A stretch of 36,450 nucleotides of DNA from Eledone cirrhosa. Its lineage: Eukaryota. Positions 15,614 through 33,344 of this stretch are shown here, in pieces; positions within the stretch are counted from its first letter, which is position 1, and every line of letters begins with the position of its first letter. A model generated the notes under the pieces. The model saw only the letters and a list, made by a program, of their open reading frames with translations, did not search any database and was not told where the DNA came from. Both the position numbers and the translations under genes were made by a program. The stretch covers positions 1 through 36,450 of the forward strand of contig CAXHJY010001453.1 of assembly GCA_964016885.1 (NCBI GenBank). The letters run 5' to 3'.

Positions 15614-15744
15614 TCCATATATATATATATATCATATATATATATGTATATGCATCCATATATATATCATATATACATATGTATATGCATCCATATATAT
15701 ATATATGTATATGCATCCATATATATATATATATATATTTGCAT

Positions 15745-15787
<43 letters not shown>

Positions 15788-15788
15788 T

Positions 15789-15887
<99 letters not shown>

Positions 15888-15918
15888 TCCATATATATAT
15901 ATATATATATATATGCAT

Positions 15919-15985
<67 letters not shown>

Positions 15986-15986
15986 T

Positions 15987-16039
<53 letters not shown>

Positions 16040-16050
16040 TCCATATATAT
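15577..16050. repeat. [GCATCC(AT)n] minisatellite, about 11 units
   Basis: GCATCC recurs at about 15577, 15611, 15652, 15687, 15713, 15741, 15785, 15885, 15915, 15983 and 16037, separated by variable (AT)n. Confidence 0.92.
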
Positions 16051-16295
16051 CACCTTGACCAACCAGTCTGTCGGGCGCCAATCGGGGCCGCTGGTCACAG
16101 CACGTCACGCTGTTTTAGCCATAAGATAACGCCATCCCACTGGCTGGGCGGGCCGGTACTCATTTCTACAGCTGAGTAAACTGGAGCAACGTGGAATAAA
16201 GTGTCTTGCTCAAGGAAACAACACATCAGCCGGTCCGAGAATTGAACTCACAACCTTTCGATTGCAAGCCCAATGCTCTAACCACTAATGCGCCT
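16051..16295 (-). mobile_element. Full-length tRNA-derived SINE with CORE-like segment and 16-bp target-site duplication
   Basis: Reverse complement reads tRNA-like head (TAGTGGTTAGAGCA...GAGTTCAATTC), CCTTGAGCAAGACACTTTA, ACTCAGCTGTAGAAATGAGTACC; ATGCATCCATATATAT at 16035-16050 and 16296-16311. Confidence 0.87.
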
Positions 16296-17169
16296 ATGCA
16301 TCCATATATATATTTGTGTGTGGGGGGGGGGGGTATGTATGTGTACACACACACACGTACATGTGATACGAGTGACTATCTAGAAACTCATTTGAAATGG
16401 CTGATATGTTCTAAGACAAAAGGGGGGTTCAGGGTGATTTAGTTATATCTAGCATGATGTATAAACCCGTCAGATTCTACAATCTTCCCTAGTCGGAAGT
16501 TTGGGATTTTAGAGAAACGTATCAGGATTCTTTCAGATTTGAGCCACCACCTTCAAATGGAATGGAATTCATCAGACTAAAGACTTGATAAATCAACAGC
16601 TATTTATGTGATTATAATATAGAATGAATAACGATCAATTGAGTACAGAAGAGAACCTAGAACCAAACACCATAATAATTAGGAGATTATGCGGACTATT
16701 TTGTATGCGATAGAGTTTATCTAACCTTTAATAGAGAACATGCTATTGAAACTAATACATTACAATCGCATAAAGGAGGCACTATTTCAACTTGTCCAGA
16801 AGGAAAAATGATGTAGATCCAAACAAGCACGTTTTGTACAAGCATGGACATACATGCTAGAAATAGCAGCCACATACCTCTAACACACATCATGCTGTTT
16901 TAAAATAAAGAAGGATTGGACAATGCAGTCTTGGATATACATGGACATGTGATAACTACCTGTGTCTTGCTCGATTGGAGCTATCACCGACGCAATATAG
17001 CAACAGGATAAACATCAAATACAAATCCTTTCTTCTAAACATGTTCAGTTCAACTTGAATGCTGAGAGTTTTATTAATATTTTCAGAACAGAATATAAAA
17101 TTAATATGAATTTACCTAATGCAGTAGATACACCAGTGAATTGCAATAGCTAAAACGAGAAGAGTATAT

Positions 17170-17760
17170 ATGTTTAACAAATACACTGATCACCTGACAT
17201 GGAAAGTGGTGATTGGAAAGAACGGCGATCCTGATGTGTATAATACGAATGGCGAGGCCTTAGAATTGTGTTCAAGCAATGCCCTCTCTATTATGAACAC
17301 CTTCTTCCAGCACAAAATCATCCATAAATATACATTGTATAAAAGAGAATCAGAGACAGAGATCAATAATTTATTTTGTTCTTGTCTCTGATCTCTTAGA
17401 TCCTGTGCTGTATGTTCGAGAAGGGCTGAGCTGTCAACTGATCACCATCTAGTTATGTGCAACTTGAAACTACCTAAAGCCAAAGACGCACGCAAATCTG
17501 CCAGGTTCAGGGTGACATAAAGAGGGAAGCGTTGGTGTGTAAGGAAGTCAGAAGCGGATATGCAGACACTATTGAATCCAGATTCAGCTCATCAGTTTCT
17601 GCTTCAGCTTTTAAATGTTACAGACTAAAGAGGCTTGGAGTGGTGCCGGATTGTAGGAGGACACCTTGGATCAATCAAGAGGTCAAAGATGCCATTCGAG
17701 CAAAGAAGGAAGCTTACAAAGCTTTGCTTTGATATAAGTCCTCTTTCTTGTACTTGCTGT
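17170..17760 (+). mobile_element. RTE-clade LINE fragment (AP-endonuclease C-terminal half and linker), frameshifted
   Basis: TWKVVIGKNGDPDV..NGEALELCSSNALSIMNTFFQHKIIHKYT, AELSTDHHLVMCNLKL (SDH-type catalytic motif), PWINQEVKDAIRAKKEAYK. Confidence 0.88.
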
Positions 17761-17892
17761 TCAAGCAGGCAACAAAGAAGACTTATATCAAAGCCAGGCT
17801 TTATGGCATCGGGTGGCATCTGTGACCTCTTGATTGATCCAAAGAGACCTCCTGCAATCCGGCACCACACAAATCCTCTTTAGTCTGAAACA
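17616..17892. repeat. Imperfect inverted duplication of the RTE fragment
   Basis: Arms about 17616-17758 and 17764-17892; the opposite-strand ORFs 17635+ and 17625- give near-identical peptides. Confidence 0.88.
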
Positions 17893-17902
17893 GTTGCTCG
17901 AT

Positions 17903-18065
17903 CGTTCAATTGTGGATGTGGTATATTTCGATTTTGCAAATGTCTTCTAAAGGGCTGATCATAGAATATGTCACAAACTACGTAGCTTTGGTAATGTTGG
18001 AAAATTAAGTGACTGGTTTCATGACATTTAAAAAAACAGAAACCAGCCCGTTAAAGCCATTAGCT
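17903..18065 (+). mobile_element. CR1-group reverse transcriptase fragment, degenerate
   Basis: VDVVYFDFANVF*RADHRICHKLRSFGNVGKLSDWFHDI*KNRNQ corresponds to the VDVIYLDFAKAFDKVDH RT motif. Confidence 0.82.
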
Positions 18066-18286
18066 ATGCTGTTACACGTAACAAAGTAATATATATCTAT
18101 CTATATATATATATATATATAGGAAAAGAGTCAGGACCCCGAAGGCTGAGCTCCGGCCGTTTCGACAGCTATTTCTGAACACACAGACACATATATATAT
18201 ATATATACACACACATGTGTACACAAAAATATATATATATATATACAATATTAAATAAATGGAAACTATATTTATAAAACCATATT

Positions 18287-18352
18287 TATTTCATTATATA
18301 TATTTCGGGGATATCATATTAACAATATGCTATGCCTTCCTCAGACAAAATA
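18287..18352 (-). ncRNA. Minimal type-I hammerhead ribozyme motif (mirror copy)
   Basis: Exact reverse complement of 18518-18583. Confidence 0.72.
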
Positions 18353-18517
18353 CAATATAAACAGTTTTATAGATAAATATATTCAACATACCGTAATAAC
18401 ACCGACTTGCATTTGGAGAGGTTAAAACAGGCAATCTGCCTGTTTTAACCTCTCCAAATGCAAGTCGGTGTTATTACGGTATGTCGAATATATTTATCTA
18501 TAAAACTGTTTATATTG

Positions 18518-18583
18518 TATTTTGTCTGAGGAAGGCATAGCATATTGTTAATATGATATCCCCGAAATATATATAATGAAATA
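18518..18583 (+). ncRNA. Minimal type-I hammerhead ribozyme motif
   Basis: TATTTTGT-CTGAGGA(18526-18532)-AGGCATAGCATATTGTTAATATGATATCCCC-GAAA(18564-18567)-TATATAT-A-ATGAAATA: 8-bp stem I with two G.U pairs, CATATT/AATATG stem II, palindromic stem III. Confidence 0.75.
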
Positions 18584-18711
18584 AATATGGTTTTATAAAT
18601 ATAGTTTCCATTTATTTAATATTGTAAATATACTCCAAATATTTGTCGAGTGCTTTTATATCAGTTATAAATATTTACTAGTTGTAACCCATCTATTTTA
18701 AATATAACTTT

Positions 18712-18713
<2 letters not shown>

Positions 18714-18775
<62 letters not shown>

Positions 18776-18788
18776 TTACATATATATA

Positions 18789-18828
<40 letters not shown>

Positions 18829-18859
18829 CATACTTACATATATATATATATACGTATAT

Positions 18860-18891
<32 letters not shown>

Positions 18892-18978
18892 GTATATATA
18901 TATATGCATATACGTATGTATATATATATATATATTTATATATATACATATACGTATATATATATATATACATATACG

Positions 18979-19010
<32 letters not shown>

Positions 19011-19012
19011 CG

Positions 19013-19049
<37 letters not shown>

Positions 19050-19083
19050 ACACACACACAAATATATATATATATATATATAT
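18714..19083. repeat. Compound (TA)n/(GT)n microsatellite with TACG variants
   Basis: Direct reading. Confidence 0.93.
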
Positions 19084-19420
19084 AATGAAAAATTGAACAG
19101 GGACAGAACAGAGAGGCAGTACGACAAATGTTTAATATATATATATATATAAATGTTCTTCTAACTTTGATTTTGTACCTAATTGTGTGTGGTTGACGAT
19201 ATATCTAATCGATTTCCACGTGGTATTAGAAATGCTGGGTAAATATTCTATGGCTGTTGATCGCGGATAGATAGCTATCGTTTATTTATCTATTATTTCT
19301 TCATAGGTGCCTTTCGATCTTATAGCCTTGTTTAAATGTTTTTTTGTGTGGTTGATTAAGCTGTTTGGGAGAGGAAATAATGTATATATTTTATCAGATG
19401 ATTCTATGGACGTACTTTAT

Positions 19421-19452
<32 letters not shown>

Positions 19453-19454
19453 CA

Positions 19455-21595
<2,141 letters not shown>

Positions 21596-22424
21596 AACTT
21601 TGAACTTTGAATAACTTTGAAATGTTTTGGCCAGTATTGGCCCAGGCCATGTCTAACTTAATAGCACCACCTGGCGAAGTCTTTCAATTCAGGATTTGGG
21701 CACCATGGCCCATTCGAGAAGAGAATTACTGTTTGCGGAGACATATCCGGGTGTGGGTGGTTTGTCCGGGATTACTTGGAGGAATTTGTCCAAAGACTTC
21801 TTGAATTTTGTGTGGTCAGTTTCTGTTTTGACGTGTCCTGGTGTGATGTTGAAGAGAGCAGGGTCGATTGAGGTGAAATAATTGTGCCGTATTGTTGTTA
21901 TGAGTTGCGATTTAGATTTTTGAATGGGACGGATAGCACGGGGCCCAAGCCTTGGGTGTATCTTGAAGGCGATGCCAACATCATTTGGGCAGTGATGATG
22001 GAACATTTTCCACATCATGCAGATAATATAACGCTCACGACGACGTTGGAGTGAGTAAAGTTTCAGGTTTTCTAATCGACCCCAGTAGTCAAGGTCTGAC
22101 ATGCCATCTATCTTTTTCGTGATTGCCCTTTGAGGAGCTTCAAGTTTCATGATACTTTGTTTCGTGTGCGGAGACCACAGTGGACAACAGTATTCAAGGT
22201 GTGGTCGGGCAAAAGTAGAGAAGAGAAGGATAATGGTGCGGGAATCTCTCGACTGGAAGGTTCTGAGGATCCAGGAACACATTCTGCGGGCCATGTCAAC
22301 TTTGCTGCTTATATGCGTGGTCCAGCTTATGTTGCTATCCACGGTTACTCCCAAGTCTCTGATGTTGTTAGATGCCACGAGAGTTTCCCCGGAGGGAAGG
22401 AGTACGGAGTTTCAGAGCATCCTT
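21596..22424 (-). mobile_element. 5'-truncated CR1-group LINE (RT C-terminal region plus 3' UTR), young copy
   Basis: Open frame 22378-21689: RDLGVTVDSNISWTTHI...FARPHLEYCCPLWSPH...LKLYSLQRRRERY...FKKSLDKFL; 3' end has TTCAAAG(TT) short tandem repeats; flanked by (TA)n. Confidence 0.95.
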
Positions 22425-24120
<1,696 letters not shown>

Positions 24121-24121
<1 letters not shown>

Positions 24122-24276
24122 ACTTTGAATAACTTTGAAATGTTTTGGCCAGTATTGGCCCAGGCCATGTCTAACTTAATAGCACCACCTGGCGAAGTCT
24201 TTCAATTCAGGATTTGGGCACCATGGCCCATTCGATAAGAGAATTACTGTTTGCGGAGACATATCCGGGTGTGGGT
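24121..24276 (-). mobile_element. 156-bp 3' terminal fragment of the CR1-group LINE
   Basis: Matches 21603-21758 except one substitution (TTCGATAA vs TTCGAGAA). Confidence 0.95.
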
Positions 24277-25724
<1,448 letters not shown>

Positions 25725-25725
<1 letters not shown>

Positions 25726-25880
25726 ACTTTGAATAACTTTGAAATGTTTTGGCCAGTATTGGCCCAGGCCATGTCTAACTTAATAGCACCACCTGGCGAA
25801 GTCTTTCAATTCAGGATTTGGGCACCATGGCCCATTCGATAAGAGAATTACTGTTTGCGGAGACATATCCGGGTGTGGGT
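25725..25880 (-). mobile_element. Second 156-bp CR1-group 3' fragment, identical to 24121-24276
   Basis: Same sequence, same truncation point, offset 1604 bp. Confidence 0.95.
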
Positions 25881-26394
<514 letters not shown>

Positions 26395-26518
26395 GTAGGA
26401 GGTGAGTTTTATTGTAGTACAATAAAGCAATGCAGATATCGGATAAGAAGCACTCTACAGTTTGTGGGACTGGAGTATGCATAATATAAGATCAAAAGAT
26501 GGTTAAAGGAGTTCAATA

Positions 26519-26589
26519 TATTTTATTATGCGCATTTCAAAAACAAACATCATCAAACAATAATATTTGTGTTTTCATCAGATAAAACA
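26519..26589 (-). ncRNA. Minimal type-I hammerhead ribozyme motif
   Basis: Exact reverse complement of 28086-28156. Confidence 0.75.
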
Positions 26590-27038
26590 GGAGAACATGA
26601 TATGAAGGCTAAAAAAAATGGTCCTTAAAAGACAAAAACATTAAATATAACATCTTTTGGAAAAAGATTTCTTCTGCATCCTCGTACTTGAACAGTTCTC
26701 TATCTAAAATCTGTAATCTCTGCCTAAATGAAAAATTTACCATTATCTCTAACCTAGAATCCATAATAAATAGACGCTCGGATTTGTTTTTCCATCTGCC
26801 TTCATAAATTCCATAGAACTTTTCACAAAGTATACAGTTAATATTCAATTCTTTATCAATTTAGAATCTTTTCTCAAAGGCACATATACATACACCTCTT
26901 TAAAATATACCCATCTACCTTACTTTAAAGGGCATTATACACTCTATAGTACTCGTTTATTCATTTACCTCATCCTATCTTCTCGTAAAACAATAACATT
27001 TGTTTTTGACATTTTGAATATTCATCCGCAATCATTAT

Positions 27039-27073
<35 letters not shown>

Positions 27074-28085
27074 CCCCTCTATCATAAATCTTTTTAATCT
27101 CAATTTCATCCTTAATTTATTATTATATATATTTTTTTTTTTAATATATACTCATATATTCTTTAAAATATACCCATCTACCTTACTTTAAAGGGCATTA
27201 TACACTCTATAATACCCGTTTACTCATCACCCTCATTATATCTCTTCGTAAAACAATAACATTTGTTTTTGACATTTTGAGTATTCATCCGCAATCATTA
27301 TTATTTTTTCTCTCTATCATAAATCTTTTTAATCTCAATTTCATCCTTAATTTATTATTATTATTTTTTTCTCCCCATCAACGAACTCATTATTAATACA
27401 TATGAATTCAATATAAATTTTTCTCAAATCCTATACATAAACTTTTTCTCTTTGCTAATTTTAAGATTCCTACATTTCTCCTTTTGAATATTCACCCACA
27501 ATTATTATTTTTTTCTCTCTATCTCCATACATAATCTCCCTTCGTTATTTTTTTCTCTCTATCTCCATACATAATTTCCCTTCGTTAATTTTCAAATTCC
27601 TTTAATTTATACATTATCTTCCAACGGTTCCCAACCTCTCTATATTAAAACATTATATCTTTTTCTCAGTTATAAAAACTATCTCTTTCTCTCTATCACC
27701 CATCTCTCCCTTTCCACCTTCACTCTCATCTCCTCCCTTTTTTTCATCCTTTCCACCCCCACCCCTCCCTAAATATAATATATTTTTTCCTCGCACATAT
27801 CCTCCCTTCGTTAATTTTCAAAATTTTTAATTTATACAGTATCTTCCAACGGTTTTCAACCCCTCTATATAAAATATATCTCCTCTCTGTTATAAAAACT
27901 ATCTCTTTCTCTCTATCACCCATCTCTCCCTCTCATCTCCTTCCCTTTTCATCCTTTTCTCTCCCCCCCTCTCTAAATAAAATATTTTTCCCAATATCAC
28001 ACATCAATCTAAAACCACTTTTCATATGTTGATTTAAAACTGCACTATCAACAAGTGTTTTTTTAGCCTTCATATCATGTTCTCC

Positions 28086-28156
28086 TGTTTTATCTGATGA
28101 AAACACAAATATTATTGTTTGATGATGTTTGTTTTTGAAATGCGCATAATAAAATA
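28086..28156 (+). ncRNA. Minimal type-I hammerhead ribozyme motif
   Basis: TGTTTTAT-CTGATGA(28094-28100)-AAACACAAATATTATT GTTT GATGATGTTTGTTTTT-GAAA-TGCGCAT-A-ATAAAATA: 8-bp stem I, 15 of 16 pairs in stem II, palindromic stem III ATGCGCAT. Confidence 0.78.
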
Positions 28157-28194
28157 TATTGAACTCCTTTAACCATCTTTTGATCTTATATTAT

Positions 28195-29495
<1,301 letters not shown>

Positions 29496-29599
29496 ACTTA
29501 TATAGATATATGCATACATATTAATGGAATCCAACTCATGCCCTACTACGGCCAAATCTTGCATAAAAATATTTTTAGCCAAAACGTGTTATTGCCGTT

Positions 29600-30420
29600 T
29601 CTGTAGTTTATGCCGTCTTAGTGACTCCTCAATTCAGGAAGTGACTTCCATGTCATATCACACAGTGAGCAGGTGAATTTGCTGCCATCTTGACTTTGAT
29701 CGGCGTGGCCTTCTTTGTGGTGACGTGCTAGCCACCAACACCAACCCCTGCAGAATGACACACCCTGGTATTGATACCACATGCAATATCAATTTATATG
29801 GAGGTATTCAAAAGTGTTATTTCCATGAGTTTGTCGTCTGCTATAGAACAGAAATCCAGCCCTTGACATACATACACGTCTGCATATCTCTACTTCTGGC
29901 TTCTATAAGAAGCAACCGTCTCCAAAAGATCCGGCTGGATCCTCAAACGAGACCAACCACTGTCCTGAATATATCCAATCATCTTGCTTGGGATCTACAC
30001 CTAGTTCTTCTGTCGGCTGGTTTTACCCGGAAAATCTGTCCAGCGATTCTTTCCTGAGACATTCAAACCACATGCCCATAGCACAGGTAAAATGTGTCTC
30101 TTTTAATCACCGTTCTTTGAGCAAACTTATCGACAACATTTAATATTTTTCCTTTGACACGTATGGCTGTTCGAATATATGGATTTCCGGGAACATGCTG
30201 GTACAACACCACTTTATTTTTCACGCTGATTGTCAGTCCAAACTCATCAAACGCTGACTAGCAGCAATACATCAGTGGTTGAAGAGCCTCTCCCGCGTGG
30301 CTATCAAGATCACAGTGGTATACATAAAGACCACGTATCAGTGTAATATATGTTTTTGATGCAGCAAGGAGTCGTCGGATGTTAAAGACTTGCTGTTGTT
30401 CAATAACGTAATATATCCAT
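29600..30420 (-). mobile_element. Degenerate RTE/BovB-like LINE (RT core remnant to C-terminal C2H2-like finger)
   Basis: VFNIRRLLAASKT...HCDLDSHAGEALQPLM...LTISVKNKVVLYQHVPGNPY...GKILNVVDKF (30400-30120); FTCSLCDMTWKSLPELRSH (29680-29620). Confidence 0.82.
29860..30090 (-). mobile_element. RTE-clade C-terminal fragment, possibly from a second RTE family
   Basis: YGHVV*MSQERIAGQIFRVKPADRRTRCRSQAR*LD corresponds to the W(Y/F)GHV.RM...R.RGRPRTRW.D motif. Confidence 0.65.
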
Positions 30421-30647
30421 CCATAAAGGCACATTTCCTATATATATATGTTCATATTCATACATCTATATTTACGTATATACACACGGTCAAATGCTGA
30501 TAACTAATGTCAGTATAAATTATAAGAATATATTAATCACAATTATTATTAACATACAATAACGGAATCACTATATTTATCAAGGTTGATACAAATATAT
30601 ATATATATATATTTGTAATTAGTTTATACACACACACACAAACACAT

Positions 30648-30727
<80 letters not shown>

Positions 30728-32149
30728 TTGTGTGTATTATTAATATTATTACTATCAATATCGTTATCCTAATTGTTGTTTATTATTAACTACAACAACA
30801 AAATAATGGTAATAATAATAAAATTATCGGCAACTACAACATAAACAATAATATATTTTCTATTACCACAGGTGTTAAAAATTGTAATTCAATAAAAACA
30901 GTTAAAGTTTCATAAATATATTGATAACTTCAGTAATGCAAGCAATAACAGGCTGACATGCACACATGCAGATAAAACAATTAGGAAGTTTATAAAAGTT
31001 GTCAAGTATTTTCTTATTTTGTTTAAAATCCTCGAGATAAACAAAATGATATATAAAATTAGATTTAAAAGTAAAGCACTAAACACAAAACCAAGAGGTA
31101 GAAAGAGAAATTGTATGAATATGCATGCATGCACTAGATATAACAGCGTGAGCGCGTAAAAACTTTATATATATATATATATATAAAGTGTGCGTATATA
31201 TATATATATACGCACCGCACACGCACTATCTTAAAGGAGATTTCAAAAGTGATTCAGCTGAATCCCTCGAGCGACACAACCAGCCACAAAAAAAGGAGTG
31301 GAGAGGAGAATAAGAACTGATTACCCTTGACGATATTGTTTAGAAACGTACTCAACTGAGTAAAGACAAAGGATAAACCTTCAAAATCGTGAAAAATAAA
31401 CTAGACAGTAGGAAAGTTTTGGGGAATATCTGTTAGACACGCAGTGACTAACGACAGAATGTTTTAAGTCTGCATGTCTGACATATATGCGTAGCTTGTG
31501 AATAAAAAATTCAAGTGGTGTCGGTGGCCGTGGTGATCCATGCCAAACATGTTTTGTAATGTATCGTCTTATTGGCTAATCAACCAACGAGAGTAATTGT
31601 TGCTCAAAAGCATCCACCATTTTGTTTGCATATTTATTTATCGTTTCGCTTTCGAATCTTCCTCCTGTATTTCGTCAAAATATTTTTCTCGTTTTGCTAA
31701 GTTATATTGTTAATTTATATATGATTTTTTAAATTTATATTAACTATTTTTTTTTTCAGTTCGTTATAACATGCTTATAATATGAGATGTATCATATTTA
31801 CTTGTATATTTGTCCATATTATTGTTCTTTTTATGTTGGATTATTTTATTATTATTATCTTAGATTCTTTTTTTTATTATTATGTTAGACTATTTGTATG
31901 TAATATTTAATTTTTATTAATTCAACTATAACAATTATTATGTAAAATATATTTATTTAATATTGATTGTTTTTTGTAGTTGTTTATATTAAAAGTCTGA
32001 AAATATGTTTATACATCTTACAATAATATTTATAAGATCATTTATAAATAACAATTATATAATGTAATTACATTACAACAATAATTTATTATTAATATAT
32101 ATCATGTTTAACTAGAGTTATTACAAGCATTGCCTTAAAAAATTATTAA

Positions 32150-32595
32150 ACTAGACCTGAAAAATGCGCAAGCTCAAAGGAGCCACATAATGTTATAATA
32201 AACCTTCAAAAGTGTGGGACTAGAGTTGTTGCTCACAAATATTGTAATCATTATCTATCGTACACTCTGTGGCATCATTTTATAAAAAAGAGACTCATAA
32301 CGAACTCAAGACGACACGATAATAATTTAGATGAATTTATAATATAGAATTCGGTTTAAGTGCATTTCGTATTAATCATTAATAAACATCTAATATGAGA
32401 TATTGAACAGTAGCTTAAATAATTATTGTGTCGTCTTCAGTTCGTTATGAGTCACTTTTTTATAAAAAGATGCCACAGAGTGTACGATAGATAATGATTA
32501 CAATATTTTTGAGCAACAACTCTAGTCCCACACTTTTGAAGGTTTATTATAACGTTCTGTGGCTCTTTTGAGCTTGCGCATTTTTCAGATCTAGT
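32150..32595. mobile_element. MITE-like non-autonomous DNA transposon with ~180-bp TIRs
   Basis: Arms 32150-32329 and 32416-32595 are highly similar; termini (A)CTAGA...TCTAG(T); TA on the right and AA on the left (possible mutated TA duplication); 86-bp AT-rich spacer. Confidence 0.85.
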
Positions 32596-32602
32596 ATATA
32601 CG

Positions 32603-32891
<289 letters not shown>

Positions 32892-33344
32892 TATATATAT
32901 ATAGGGCGTGATTTAGACGATGTGGGGAGGGACACTTCAGGTTTGGGGAGCCTCCATACGTAAAATAATAGAATTCATACCAATTATATATTGAAGTATT
33001 GAATTAAAATATTCTAACAATTTTACGTCCACCTTCCACATTAGGATGTGTTGGAGCGATCTCATCTTTTGATGGGCATGGATTCTATGGCTTGATGACC
33101 TTCCAAACATGAACATTTTACAGCGCTTACTGGGTGTCTTTTTTGGCGATACTAATACAACCACGTTACTCAGCGAAATCAAATTCTTTTTATTAGATTA
33201 TTGTTCTAACAACAAACTGATGTATATAAGGTTGAGAAAAATTTGATGATTTTTGCCACACCAAGCACATTAAACACTTTTTACTAAAAATATAGCTATC
33301 CTTGTCAAAGTGTTCAAACACACACTCGCACACACATATATATG

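Larger units (their letters stand above)
18244..18713 (+). mobile_element. Fold-back hammerhead element 2 (same family as 12444)
   Basis: 190-bp arms at 18244-18433 and 18437-18626 with one mismatch seen, 3-nt loop ATC, ~85-bp tail, flanked by (TA)n. Confidence 0.9.
26395..28194 (-). mobile_element. 1.8-kb hammerhead element 3 with 137-bp perfect inverted repeats and an external tail (putative Penelope-like derivative)
   Basis: Inverted repeats at 26481-26617 and 28058-28194; tail 26395-26480 carries ACTC...TGTAGAGTGCTT on the minus strand; flanked by (TA)n. Confidence 0.85.

Noticed and set aside
15577-16050. CRISPR-like repeat-spacer array
   Set aside because: Spacers are only (AT)n, the repeat is 6 bp, the context is eukaryotic and there are no cas genes
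16405-16905. Degenerate MITE bounded by TCTAGCATG / CATGCTAGA inverted ends
   Set aside because: Only about 10-15 bp of clear complementarity; too decayed to call, though a related motif occurs near 5800
19150-19410. Minus-strand near-open frame (SIESSDKIYTLFPLPN...)
   Set aside because: Contains a stop and matches no motif I recognise
26900-27650. Alternative genetic code ORF in the element 3 interior
   Set aside because: Protein-like stretches are broken by TAA, TAG and TGA alike and by poly-T length changes
32340-32450. Minus-strand CTGAAGA...CGAAA in the MITE as a hammerhead
   Set aside because: No stem I complement and no convincing stem II; the cores are about 65 nt apart
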